Shown here: piece after piece, positions 42,473-52,336 of the stretch
How positions within the stretch are numbered: position 1 is the first letter of the stretch
Layout: every line of letters starts with the position of its first letter
DNA from: a virus
Reading direction: 5' to 3' (one strand)
IMG/VR virus record: IMGVR_UViG_3300009093_000004
Location: 7,735-71,734 of that record
Length of the DNA stretch: 64,000 bases
The notes under the pieces: generated by a model
Databases searched by the model: none
What the model was told of the DNA's origin: nothing
The model's input: the letters and a program-made list of their open reading frames with translations, nothing else
Made by a program: the position numbers and the translations under genes

Positions 42473-44146
42473 TCAGTTTGTTAGATAGGAAATTGAGAAG
42501 GTCGCGTTAATGTTTCGAGCGTTGATAGAGCCGAACGCAGTGGTGGAGTAGGCCGTAGAGCTGAAGGCGGTGAAGGTTACCGTGCCACTACCGGCATTGA
42601 TGATCGCGGCCCAGTTCTGGGAGGCCGTAGGGGATGATCCCTGAGCTAGTACCAGAGGGCATTCCACAGTCTGAGTCACCGTAGCTGGCTGGATCGCTGC
42701 TGGCAGACCTGTTAGCGTGAAGGTGCTAGCGTTAGCCGTCATGTTGATAGCCGGGATGGTGAGAACCACCGAGTTACCGCTCTTCGAGTACTGGATAGTG
42801 GCCGTGGGGGACCCTGAAACTCCGGTGAAGGTGCCTGTAAAGCTGTTGCTGGTCCCCGTGGTGACGGCCACCCCGTTGATGAATAGGCTCTGGGTATTAA
42901 GAGATCCGGGCCCTTGAGGCCCTCCTGTAGCGCTGCCGCATACAGTAGAGCCATCCCCAAAGACTGCAAATAGGTTGGCGCTATTCGCTCCATTGTTACA
43001 CCGTATTGCGGTGTCATTCTGGCTTGTTCCCGCTATAACGAACAACCCGAATGACTGGTTAGCAGTCGTACCAGAGGAGATAATAAGCCCATGAGTGTTG
43101 GGCCTAGTGTTGATGGTTACCTGATAACCAAAGGTGGTCGTCCCATTGGAGGAAAACACGGCACTTGCCGTGCCCGAATTCGGCGCGATGAACAAGGATC
43201 CGAAAGCCCTAATACACGCATCATCGACAGCCGGAGCGGGTGTACCGGCACCAGCTGTCGTAAGTAGGCTACCATCTCCGAAGTAGTGTCTACCAACTCC
43301 TCCACGGTTGATCTGGAAGTAAGAAGCTCCAGAGCCAGCTGCCCCCATCTGCAACGGGTTTACAACGTTTCCTGTCACGACAACGTTGTTATTAATAACT
43401 AAGGACGGATAGTTTCCGTTCCCCATCGAGATGGCGCCGTTCCCTGCGATCTGGAAGAAACTCAAAGAGTTAGGCTGGTTGTTCACCACTAGAGCGTTAT
43501 CGCCAGCAGAAGTACCCGCGAGAATCAGCACCCCAAAAGAGGCTGATCCTGCGTTGGCTCCATTGACTCTCAATCCATACTGACTGACTCCTGAATTAGC
43601 CACGATGGCGTAGTTATTTCCTGGAGCGTTGAAAGTCCACTGGCCACCAACAAACCCAACCCCTGATCCATTGAAGGTATAGGTAGGGTTATTTGTGTTA
43701 TCTCCGAATGAATAGGCGGAAGCGCTTACAAGAAGCGCAGCACTGGCCCCTGCCGGGGCGATAGCAATAGGACCACTATCGGCACCAAGGTAGATCGTCC
43801 CATCGTTTGAGTTTCCATCGCCCACAAAGCCTGTGCGGGCTCCGGTGGAATCGCGGAAGCCTATATAGGCTAGATTGGTGCCGCCAACGGCAGCACCTTG
43901 GACAGTCAGAGCCTCTCCGCTACCTCGAACATTTAGACCTGCATTAGCAGTAGTAGGGCCGTTGATCGTGACGGCGCCTGTACCCGAGAAGGTTACAGGC
44001 TTATTGTCCGTTGATCCGAAGGTGATTCCGTTCTCGGAAGCGACAATGATCCCCAACCCAGAGGCGCGGTTCACTAGAGAGAAATTACCAATCCATCTCA
44101 AGACGGAATTTCCGCCCTGCATGGGGCCTTGAAACTTCATACTCAT
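42473..44146 (-). CDS. tail fibre/receptor-binding protein
   Basis: 557 aa; G/S/T/N-rich beta repeats; GLPAAIQP tip motif. Confidence 0.75.
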   Translation of the reverse strand: MSMKFQGPMQGGNSVLRWIGNFSLVNRASGLGIIVASENGITFGSTDNKPVTFSGTGAVTINGPTTANAGLNVRGSGEALTVQGAAVGGTNLAYIGFRDSTGARTGFVGDGNSNDGTIYLGADSGPIAIAPAGASAALLVSASAYSFGDNTNNPTYTFNGSGVGFVGGQWTFNAPGNNYAIVANSGVSQYGLRVNGANAGSASFGVLILAGTSAGDNALVVNNQPNSLSFFQIAGNGAISMGNGNYPSLVINNNVVVTGNVVNPLQMGAAGSGASYFQINRGGVGRHYFGDGSLLTTAGAGTPAPAVDDACIRAFGSLFIAPNSGTASAVFSSNGTTTFGYQVTINTRPNTHGLIISSGTTANQSFGLFVIAGTSQNDTAIRCNNGANSANLFAVFGDGSTVCGSATGGPQGPGSLNTQSLFINGVAVTTGTSNSFTGTFTGVSGSPTATIQYSKSGNSVVLTIPAINMTANASTFTLTGLPAAIQPATVTQTVECPLVLAQGSSPTASQNWAAIINAGSGTVTFTAFSSTAYSTTAFGSINARNINATFSISYLTN

Positions 44147-44478
44147 GTGATTTCGGCCACCGACATTATCGCCGTGACGGAGGCGGCCGTGTTACTTTGA
44201 ACGACGACGGTATCTCCAGAATTCAGCACAATGCGGTTCCCTTCGTCAGCCAGGGTTAGAGATCCGCCAGGCAAAAGTCCAGCACCTACACACAAGTAGT
44301 AGTTGGTTCCACCACTATTGATATAGCAAGTGACTGCGATAACGGAGCCGATCTGGTTAGCTAGGGTTAACCCTGAAATAACTACTCCAGTCGTCACGGC
44401 TGGAGCGGTATAGGCGCCAATGACCGCAGCGGTTGTCCCGATGCCGGCCGTGCGCAGAGAGCGTAGGACAGAGGACAT
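44143..44478 (-). CDS. virion structural protein
   Basis: Beta-sandwich-like; late module. Confidence 0.7.
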   Translation of the reverse strand: MSSVLRSLRTAGIGTTAAVIGAYTAPAVTTGVVISGLTLANQIGSVIAVTCYINSGGTNYYLCVGAGLLPGGSLTLADEGNRIVLNSGDTVVVQSNTAASVTAIMSVAEIT

Positions 44479-44479
44479 A

Positions 44480-44800
44480 TCAGGTTCCTTTAATGAACGT
44501 CACGCCATCAGTCGATACGGCGTCTGCAGGTGGCCAGCCAGGGTTCTCAGGGACGGCAACCGGTAGGGGGGTGGCCACAGGGAAGTCGGGACGCACGAAC
44601 TCCAGCACCGTGTTGTCAGGCTCACGAGGAGGGAGACGATATGGATCGTACTCATCCACATCATCGTTCTTCATGCACACCTTGAGGCCCGGATAGTTCG
44701 GATCGTCCACTAGCTCATCGAGCGGGAACTTGAGTCCGCACCGGGCACACAAGCCAATGCCGTAGGAAGAACGACCCCTTACATCGACCCAGTAAGCCAT
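44480..44800 (-). CDS. conserved late protein (CARCG...GLKVC...D..DPY)
   Basis: Motif typical of this phage gene order. Confidence 0.7.
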   Translation of the reverse strand: MAYWVDVRGRSSYGIGLCARCGLKFPLDELVDDPNYPGLKVCMKNDDVDEYDPYRLPPREPDNTVLEFVRPDFPVATPLPVAVPENPGWPPADAVSTDGVTFIKGT

Positions 44801-46263
44801 TACTGCGTATACCTCCCGATCTGGGGCAAGATCCGCATGGGAGCCTTCTCGCGCTCCTCGGAGCGGGCCAGGTTCAAACTCTTATCCGCCTTGGCCTCAA
44901 GGATGGGGATCATGGCCGGATTCACTTCCTGGATCGTGTAGGCTAGGCGTGAGGCGAGGCCATCCACGATCGCGGATAACCACCGGTTAGGGATGTTGAT
45001 CCGCTGCGATAGGTCCTGGACATCCATGATCTGTCGATGTCTCCAGATAACCAGGCAGGCGTTGTTCTGCTCGTTGATCCCCGGAGTGGGCCACAGGCGC
45101 ATGATCGGCCAGGGCTCCTGTCGATCGAGCCAATATTGGAAGGGCCGACTCTCGAAGAAGGTGTTGTTCAGGTTGGCAAAGTCATCGCGTGAGTACGGAG
45201 CGAGCGGTACCTGAAACTGGGTCTGGTAGAACCCGACATTGCTCACCATCAGGGTCCCGGACTGCAGCGGATTCGGAGGAACCGGATCGGCCACTACAGA
45301 CCACGTCAGGGCAGGAGGAGCGCCATCCAGATCAATCATGGTGGTTTCGCCCGCCTGGGCGTTGGGCTGAACGCTCGCCACCAAGGTTGAGTCCGCCCAC
45401 ACCTGCACCGGGACCGCAGGACCGGCCCAGGTGATCGACACGGTGTTGATCCGGATCTGGGTGGTGAAGGTGAAGGTCGGTGACGGACTCAGCTGTAAGG
45501 GGTTCTGCTGCCGGATATTGGCCGTCAGGACATCGATAGTCCCCGGAGGCATGGTTACACCGGCTAGATGAGCGGTGAAGGGCAACAGGACAATGTCAAC
45601 CGCAAAGAGTTGCGGGCCACGGTTTGCCAGGTCGGAAGTCAGGAACATGAACAGTTCCTGACGAGCGATACGGATCATCTCATCCGAGATGAGGGACGTT
45701 CGGATCTTGCAACGGTTGAAGGCCCGCTCGAAGACTTCCTCCACCGTGAAGGTCATCTGACCGATCACTCCACTGGGAGTGATGACCTGCGCCTGCGAAT
45801 CCCCGTCCGCAAAGAAGGTGGGAACACTATAGCCAATCGGGATGGCGGAGGCGAGGTTATACGGTGGAGTTGGGAATGTGCTGTTAGCGCCGGTCACATG
45901 GTAGGCGCTGGCAGAACTGGCCGTATCGGTTCCGAAGGTGAAAGCCCCCGTGCCTTGTGGGAAAAGAACTATCTGGTAGGCCTGCCCTGCGATAACTGGG
46001 GTTGGAGTCACCGCGAATGGGATGAGGCCTCCGCCGGGCTGAATAGTCTGCGGGGCGGAGTACACCAGGAGCTGCTGAGTGCCATCGTAGAGCGCCATCA
46101 CGAACTGTTGCGCGCTAACAGGGTTCAGATAGGCGAAGAGCGTCGAGACCGTCCCGGAGGAGGTGGCGACATACGGAATGGGAGCAAGGTAGGCCCCATC
46201 ATTTCCGGATGGCCCCGTTATGGAATAACTGGAAAAGGTCGGATCGCCGCAGAGTACGGTCAC
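44800..46263 (-). CDS. head-tail connector-like protein with extra N-terminal beta domain
   Basis: C-terminal part EEVFERAF.RC...LANRG...RP.QYWLDRQ...LWPTP...P.RW. Confidence 0.65.
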   Translation of the reverse strand: MTVLCGDPTFSSYSITGPSGNDGAYLAPIPYVATSSGTVSTLFAYLNPVSAQQFVMALYDGTQQLLVYSAPQTIQPGGGLIPFAVTPTPVIAGQAYQIVLFPQGTGAFTFGTDTASSASAYHVTGANSTFPTPPYNLASAIPIGYSVPTFFADGDSQAQVITPSGVIGQMTFTVEEVFERAFNRCKIRTSLISDEMIRIARQELFMFLTSDLANRGPQLFAVDIVLLPFTAHLAGVTMPPGTIDVLTANIRQQNPLQLSPSPTFTFTTQIRINTVSITWAGPAVPVQVWADSTLVASVQPNAQAGETTMIDLDGAPPALTWSVVADPVPPNPLQSGTLMVSNVGFYQTQFQVPLAPYSRDDFANLNNTFFESRPFQYWLDRQEPWPIMRLWPTPGINEQNNACLVIWRHRQIMDVQDLSQRINIPNRWLSAIVDGLASRLAYTIQEVNPAMIPILEAKADKSLNLARSEEREKAPMRILPQIGRYTQ

Positions 46264-46335
46264 TGAAGGGCCTCAATGTTAACCTGACACTGAGGCCCGC
46301 TCGACCCGAAGGGAGCATGCCCTATTACCGGGACT

Positions 46336-47286
46336 TTACCCGATTACATCATCCCTATGCACTCTCCAGGGCTGATATCCGATATTGAGGCGGACGTCGG
46401 TGACGGCGGTCATGGGCACGAGAGGCACGAAAGCACCTCCGATCTGTTGCACGGTAAAGACCGATCCGCTAACTAATAGACCACTTAACTGTAGATCCCC
46501 TTGTAGGGATCCATAGGCTACGCTGCCCGAAGAAGAGACCCCAGACATCGTCCCGATCGGGATAGCCGTAGCTGGACCAAACAGCAGTGAGGTGACCGGC
46601 AACGTGCCGCCAAGAGCCCCGGCACCGACCATCTCGCCATAGATCACAGAGCCGCTGTTGATGAGCCCGGATAGCGAAAGGATAGTCCCAGAGGACTTAA
46701 AGGTGTCTCCGGGCTGCGGGACAAACTGGTTCGGGTTGAATGGTGATCCCAATCCAGGGCCTGGTTGCGGAATAAATCCGATCCGGGGCGGGACCAGGGT
46801 AAGTAAAGCCGAGAAAACCGATCCCGAGATCGACAGCCCCGCCATGGGCACCACGAAGGTGGGCGGGGTAAAGGACAGGGGCGGAAGAAAGAAGAGCGAG
46901 TCTCCCAGGACCGATCCTGCTCCCGATCGACCCATGGGGGCTGGGATGTATCCCTGCACCACCTGGGTGATGATCGGGCTCTGGGAAGGCAGCAACGCAA
47001 AGAGCTGCGAAGTCCGATCGGGTTGGCGGACCCACTCCGGATTTTCAACCAGCACCACCTGATTGATCGGAACCAGGGAGGTTCCCTGCGGAGGGGGAGA
47101 GCCGAAGAGATTGCCGTAGAGGAGGGACCCCGAGGCCATGACGCCCGTCAGAGCCGCCCCGCCGGTGGCGGGATAGGTCTGACGGAAGGCGTGCAGGGTT
47201 TGAGTGCGGTCGGGTTGCCGACCCCACTCTGGGTTCTCCACCAGCACGAGGCTGGTATACGGTATCAGCCCCGTGCCGCTAGCCAT
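46336..47286 (-). CDS. virion structural protein with internal repeats
   Basis: VLVENPEWxRQPDRT twice; SGSV repeats. Confidence 0.65.
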   Translation of the reverse strand: MASGTGLIPYTSLVLVENPEWGRQPDRTQTLHAFRQTYPATGGAALTGVMASGSLLYGNLFGSPPPQGTSLVPINQVVLVENPEWVRQPDRTSQLFALLPSQSPIITQVVQGYIPAPMGRSGAGSVLGDSLFFLPPLSFTPPTFVVPMAGLSISGSVFSALLTLVPPRIGFIPQPGPGLGSPFNPNQFVPQPGDTFKSSGTILSLSGLINSGSVIYGEMVGAGALGGTLPVTSLLFGPATAIPIGTMSGVSSSGSVAYGSLQGDLQLSGLLVSGSVFTVQQIGGAFVPLVPMTAVTDVRLNIGYQPWRVHRDDVIG

Positions 47287-47314
47287 GGACTATCCCTCGA
47301 TAGACGATCCGAGG

Positions 47315-47794
47315 TTAGATTTCCTCGAAGTAGACCTCTGAGGAGGCGCTGTAGCCAGCTCCAGGGGCCGCCAGAAGCGACAAGTTCCACCGGGCACCAC
47401 CTGATACCGGGATCCTTTGATCCGGGGTGAAGATGCGCTCGTAGGGCACCACGATCGAGATGTAGTCCGCTCCAGGCCAGATGACTCCAGAGGTGCCGGG
47501 GGTGGTCACACCGGAGTTACAGGTGGTCGCTGCTGCCACCGTATTGCGGCGATTGAGCGCTCGCGGAGTCTGCGCCGTGCCACCTGAGCCAGTGGTGGTG
47601 CGCTGTTGCATCTGCAAGCGGATGCGAACGTCCTGAGCTACGCCCGAGGTGATCGTCGGAGCGATCGTCAGGCGTACTGAGTGAATCAAGATCGAGACGC
47701 CAGCAGCCGCGACGAACTCCCAGATGTCCTGCACCGCGTTGGTGATGGTGGTGTTCTCGAAGCTGACCGTATACATCAAACCGTTGGCAGCCAT
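47315..47794 (-). CDS. virion structural protein
   Basis: Late module. Confidence 0.7.
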   Translation of the reverse strand: MAANGLMYTVSFENTTITNAVQDIWEFVAAAGVSILIHSVRLTIAPTITSGVAQDVRIRLQMQQRTTTGSGGTAQTPRALNRRNTVAAATTCNSGVTTPGTSGVIWPGADYISIVVPYERIFTPDQRIPVSGGARWNLSLLAAPGAGYSASSEVYFEEI

Positions 47795-47803
47795 GGAAGC
47801 CTC

Positions 47804-48520
47804 TTAGATGAAATGCCTGACGTAGTTGGGATATGGGAGACGGGCGAAAGCACTTGAGCCGGCAGCAGCCTTCACAGCGAGGATGTATCCGGCGCCAATA
47901 TTGGCGGAGCTACTTGTCCATGTGGTGGTGACGCCCGTCGTCCCGACGTTCTCTTGATACTCGATACCACCGGTCATGAAGAACCGACCATCGGCATTCG
48001 ATATGGATCCCGGAAGGGTGAAGCCAGAGCCCGCTGTGTAGGTAAGCGACCGACCACCACTAACACCCTCGTCATCCCAGAAGAGGGCGATGATGTCATC
48101 ACCGGTTACGCTTTGGCTGGCCGTAGCGCCACCGGTGTGATTGGTGACTCCCGTGGACTCACTGGTGTATCCAGAAGCATCGATTGCAGAAGCCGTGGCT
48201 CGTCCAGAAAGGCCGATCACCGCTAGGAAGGCTATGTCAGCGGAAGCGAAGTTAGCTGTGAAGGTCTGGGATGCACTCACCGTGGGGTTGGTGACCGTAT
48301 AGCAATAGGCTCTGGCGTTTGTGCCGGTGATCGTCTGAGGAGTGGTGCTCGGATGCGCCACCCAGGTATTTGAGGAGCTATCGACAAAGCTACTAACCGT
48401 GTTACTGGCAGGCACCACGATAATAGAGGCTAGGAAGTTCGAGCCGCTGAAGTTTGTGGCCGCTGAAGCTAGCGAGCTGGCCGCTGCCGTAGTTGCCTTG
48501 ACTCCCTGGTTGAAGGCCAT
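47804..48520 (-). CDS. virion structural protein
   Basis: S/T/A-rich, beta. Confidence 0.7.
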   Translation of the reverse strand: MAFNQGVKATTAAASSLASAATNFSGSNFLASIIVVPASNTVSSFVDSSSNTWVAHPSTTPQTITGTNARAYCYTVTNPTVSASQTFTANFASADIAFLAVIGLSGRATASAIDASGYTSESTGVTNHTGGATASQSVTGDDIIALFWDDEGVSGGRSLTYTAGSGFTLPGSISNADGRFFMTGGIEYQENVGTTGVTTTWTSSSANIGAGYILAVKAAAGSSAFARLPYPNYVRHFI

Positions 48521-49581
48521 TACTGCACCGTGACCGGGTAGGCAATAACCTCAACACCGTTTGCATTAAACATATGGATCCATCCGGTGGCGCCGGCGAC
48601 GAATCCATCGTTTCGGTACGTGAACACAGCGTTGGTATCAGTCCATGCTGTCGGGATCTGCACCATGAACTTGGTCGATGAGGCGTAGACGGCATTGTCT
48701 GTCATTACGCAGCGCTGGAGGGTCGTATCGACATACGAACAGTCCATCCAGACGGAGCACTGATTGCCGATTCCGTACTGGTCTAGCCCATCAAATATCG
48801 AGATCGCCCAGGTTATGGCGTTGGAAACGTTGTCGTTATTATTGCAGTACCCAGCTGAGCCAGTTAGTAGGACCCCGCTGCCATCGTAGACCTTCCCCCC
48901 GACATTGTCCTTGCCATTGATGATGACTTGGTAGACACCGTTGGTGGCGCCGACAGTTCCTAGCTTATAGGCGTACTCGTCGGTGTTCCATACGTTGGCG
49001 TTGAGGGGCGAGATGACAGTCCCGAAAGTCTCCTGGCTATAGGATGTCCCGGTCGTAGCCGTGACGTAGCCCGAGTCGCCTCCCGTGTCGATCCCTGATG
49101 CATTCGGACGGATTGTCTGATAGACGTGCGGAGATCCAGTGTAGGCCGCTCCACCTCCAGCACGGGCATGCTTGAAAATGAAGGCGTTCTGCACCGACCC
49201 GACCGTCATAGCCCAGTATTCTTTACAGAAGATGTAAATCGACTGGGAGTTTGGGACATTGTTCCCAACTCTGGGGAAGGCGGAGGCGTTTGTGGAGGCG
49301 TTGACTGGGTAGATACACTTGAGGCTCTTGGTGCCACTGAACGCCCGGTCGTTCGCGACCTGGACGGTGGCAATACCATCATTGCCCAAGTTGGCCATGC
49401 CGCAGGCAAGGTAGCTATCTCCTATGTTCTGCCCTTCGAAGTCATTCCAATACAGCGGAGCAGCGGTGGCCTTGGATCCAAAGCCACCTACTGCTCGATG
49501 TACTGTGAGAACACCACTGCTGATGAAGGCGCCATCGCCTTGCACACTGTTGTATCCCCGGTTATGGGCTCCGAACCACAT
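48520..49581 (-). CDS. virion protein with possible carbohydrate-binding/lyase-like beta fold
   Basis: WNDFEG...AFSGTKSLK...FKHAR; late module. Confidence 0.55.
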   Translation of the reverse strand: MWFGAHNRGYNSVQGDGAFISSGVLTVHRAVGGFGSKATAAPLYWNDFEGQNIGDSYLACGMANLGNDGIATVQVANDRAFSGTKSLKCIYPVNASTNASAFPRVGNNVPNSQSIYIFCKEYWAMTVGSVQNAFIFKHARAGGGAAYTGSPHVYQTIRPNASGIDTGGDSGYVTATTGTSYSQETFGTVISPLNANVWNTDEYAYKLGTVGATNGVYQVIINGKDNVGGKVYDGSGVLLTGSAGYCNNNDNVSNAITWAISIFDGLDQYGIGNQCSVWMDCSYVDTTLQRCVMTDNAVYASSTKFMVQIPTAWTDTNAVFTYRNDGFVAGATGWIHMFNANGVEVIAYPVTVQ

Positions 49582-49585
49582 GGGA

Positions 49586-50143
49586 TCAGGTGGCGTACGT
49601 CAAACTGTACTGCTGCACGGTCATGGACCCGGTAGCAACCGTCTGGGTGAAGAACATGTCGAAAGTGTTCGACACAGTCGAATCGAAGCCAGCCCCGGCC
49701 GCCACACCACCACTCACCGGCAACGAGAAGATTCCGTTGCTTCCGGTGCTGGCCGTGGGAGAGCCCACTACCGCGATCGAGGACCAGACGCCCTGTCCAA
49801 TGATGGTCGCGTTGGTGGAGTTACCGATCGTGCGCACGGTCAACTCGATGTCGAGCCACCACGGCACGTTGGTCTGCTGAGTGGTGTTCAGGCTCATGGC
49901 CTGGGAATCAAAGACCACCGCTGAGCCGACACGTATGTCAAACCTTGCGGTGCCCGGCGTAGTCGCTACGCAGGAGATGATTCCGCAGGCGCGGATGTTG
50001 AACCGGTCGCCAATCTTCAGATAGTTGGCGGGGAAGGTGAAACGGGCTGCCGGCGGAAGGCAGGAAGCTGCCGCCGCAGCGGTCAGCGCGGATCCTGCTA
50101 CCTGGGCAGTGACTAGGGTTTGGCACCAGCTATTGCTAGACAT
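49586..50143 (-). CDS. virion structural protein
   Basis: Late module. Confidence 0.7.
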   Translation of the reverse strand: MSSNSWCQTLVTAQVAGSALTAAAAASCLPPAARFTFPANYLKIGDRFNIRACGIISCVATTPGTARFDIRVGSAVVFDSQAMSLNTTQQTNVPWWLDIELTVRTIGNSTNATIIGQGVWSSIAVVGSPTASTGSNGIFSLPVSGGVAAGAGFDSTVSNTFDMFFTQTVATGSMTVQQYSLTYAT

Positions 50144-50149
50144 AGATCC

Positions 50150-50848
50150 TTACCAGAGTTTGGCCACGAGGGCGCTAATAGCGAACGAGGGAGTGATGTT
50201 GGTCGCCACCACCAGAGGGGTTTGTAGAATGATCACGCCAGCGCCCACAGAGGAGGTGTTGACGGGAGATCCGTTGGCGGAAGTCGTAGACAGCGTGACC
50301 GCCGTTCCGGAGACCGTGCCGATGTAGTAGACAGTCCCTTCCGTTAGACCGGAAGGTAGGGTGCCGGTAGCGGTCGGGTACACAGAGGCCCGGTTGTTGA
50401 CCGAGAAGGAGGAATTAGGGACCGTTAGGACGCCGGGAGAGGCCGAGGTAGCGGTGAATTCCAGGGCTGGTCCCGATCCAACCGTACCGGAGGCCAGGAG
50501 CGTTCCGGCGCCCGAGGAAGCCAGTCCAATGCCGAAGTGGGTGATCGTGTCGCCGGTCGCGCCACACTGCGGGAAGTTGATCGCAGCGGTGTTGCTTACG
50601 GTTGCCGGTGAGGTTCCCGAGACCGTGAACCCGCCCGTAGTTCTAGCTACCGCAACACGACCGTAGTTGGTGTACGCGGTCTCATTGGTCGTCTGAGATC
50701 CCCCTTCACCCGGATCCCCGTTGTGAAGAGAGACATAAAGGCTAGTCGCGGGAGATGTCGCTGTGTTATCAGCGATATTCGCCCAGTTGACGGCCTGAAA
50801 GATGAGCTTCAGGACGTTGGATTGTGTGCCGTTGGCAAAACTCGCCAT
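50150..50848 (-). CDS. minor tail/structural protein
   Basis: LYVSLH..DPGE.G....E..YTNYGRVAV motif. Confidence 0.75.
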   Translation of the reverse strand: MASFANGTQSNVLKLIFQAVNWANIADNTATSPATSLYVSLHNGDPGEGGSQTTNETAYTNYGRVAVARTTGGFTVSGTSPATVSNTAAINFPQCGATGDTITHFGIGLASSGAGTLLASGTVGSGPALEFTATSASPGVLTVPNSSFSVNNRASVYPTATGTLPSGLTEGTVYYIGTVSGTAVTLSTTSANGSPVNTSSVGAGVIILQTPLVVATNITPSFAISALVAKLW

Positions 50849-50923
50849 GCAGGATGACTCCGTAAGGAACCGAAGTGGCGTAAGCCCTGCATGGGGCAGC
50901 CAGAAAGATGCGCTACTGTATCG

Positions 50924-51241
50924 CTATCCGCCAGCAGCCGTCGAGAGGGCATTATTCACAGAATAGGCCCACTCTCGCCACGAACGGCCTTGCGGATAGG
51001 GGATGTCGAATGGAGTTAGAGTCGGCTCCTGGGCAATCTGTGTGGCCCAAAGCTCGAAGGCTGCCTCCTCCATAAGGTACGGGAGGGGAAGGATATGGGC
51101 CATCACGTAGGTGAAAGCATGGGCCCAAGTCAGAAGCTCCATCCCGGTTGGGTTAACAATGTCAACGTGGAAGCTGGCCGAACGGGTACCGCCGAGGCTC
51201 CCTAGGGCTACTGATCCAGACTGGAGGACCCCAGCTGACAC
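50924..51241 (-). CDS. late hypothetical protein
   Basis: ORF track. Confidence 0.6.
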   Translation of the reverse strand: MSAGVLQSGSVALGSLGGTRSASFHVDIVNPTGMELLTWAHAFTYVMAHILPLPYLMEEAAFELWATQIAQEPTLTPFDIPYPQGRSWREWAYSVNNALSTAAGG

Positions 51242-51242
51242 T

Positions 51243-52001
51243 TCAGCACTTGCCGCCCTTCTTCATCGGCGTACCCACCATCGAGCCCATCCCGCCACCC
51301 ATTCCACGGGGCTTCATCGGCTGCTGTCCCATCGAGGGAGTACCGCCTGCGGGAAGCCCAGGGACTCCTGGCTGAGGCCGACCCATTCCTTTCCCACCGA
51401 CCATCGCCGGAGAGTGACGGACTTTCTTCATCCCGATGACCGGAGCGCGAGGCATCCCGGTAGGACGAGCGATCCCGCCTCCTGCGAAGTAGGACTTGTG
51501 CCCCTCGTTCTTGTGAGGAGGGGCATGATGTTTGTAAGGGTGACCAGCGTTCGGATGATGTAGGCCAATCGGCTTGCTCTCGATCCTGTGGCTACTCTTG
51601 AAATGGTTATGGACCGGTCCGCCCTTGGCTTTACGGATCTTGCCGCCGCGCCGGGCCTCAAGATGCTCTCCCTGCTCAGGCTCCCGATGGGTATAGCCTT
51701 CCTGATTCTCATGCGGCTCAGCATCCTCACGCTTGAAGTGCCCGCCCTTGGCGAAGGCCAGGTGATTGCCAGGGAACCCCACTTTTAAATCGGGGCCCTT
51801 CTCTCCTACTGTCGGAGTTGGGATCTTGGCTGCGGGGATGGACTTTCCCGTCTTGGCATCGGTCGGACCCTTGACTCCACCACCCTTGGCGAATTTCGGC
51901 TTGCTACGGGTATAGCCGCCCACATGGGTCATGCCTTTGTTGGCCGATCCATGGAAACCATGTTCCGGTAGGAAATCCCAACCTGATCGCATCTTTCCCA
52001 T
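51243..52001 (-). CDS. basic low-complexity virion protein with AxGG repeats
   Basis: FAKGG twice, RRGG, AKGG, FAGGG, KKGG. Confidence 0.7.
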   Translation of the reverse strand: MGKMRSGWDFLPEHGFHGSANKGMTHVGGYTRSKPKFAKGGGVKGPTDAKTGKSIPAAKIPTPTVGEKGPDLKVGFPGNHLAFAKGGHFKREDAEPHENQEGYTHREPEQGEHLEARRGGKIRKAKGGPVHNHFKSSHRIESKPIGLHHPNAGHPYKHHAPPHKNEGHKSYFAGGGIARPTGMPRAPVIGMKKVRHSPAMVGGKGMGRPQPGVPGLPAGGTPSMGQQPMKPRGMGGGMGSMVGTPMKKGGKC

Positions 52002-52327
52002 TAGGCCCCTCCTGAGTCTCCAGATTGGATGATCTCAAAGGTCACTGACCCAGTGCTAGCTGTCACATTCGCTCGTAGTGCAGTGAAGGGTGCGGTGATC
52101 GTGGTACTAGCCGCAGCGCTTCCTGATGCAATCGGAGCAGTGATACCTCCGCCGTTCCAGGTAGGTGCCACTGCTGGGTTATATGGATCATCCATCGTTG
52201 CATCCACGGAATACGTGGCAGTTGCGCTGATAGAGACCGAAATCCGGATATTCGTCGGACTGGCACGCCAATCCAGCGGTACGATCTGGGTCCCCGTCCC
52301 CGTAATAGTGAAGCGGATCGGCCGCAT
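52001..52327 (-). CDS. virion structural protein
   Basis: Beta-sandwich-like. Confidence 0.7.
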   Translation of the reverse strand: MRPIRFTITGTGTQIVPLDWRASPTNIRISVSISATATYSVDATMDDPYNPAVAPTWNGGGITAPIASGSAAASTTITAPFTALRANVTASTGSVTFEIIQSGDSGGA

Positions 52328-52336
52328 TCAAGCCCC

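Noticed and set aside
42473-44146. DGR target in the tail fibre
   Set aside because: No reverse transcriptase and no template/variable repeat pair seen
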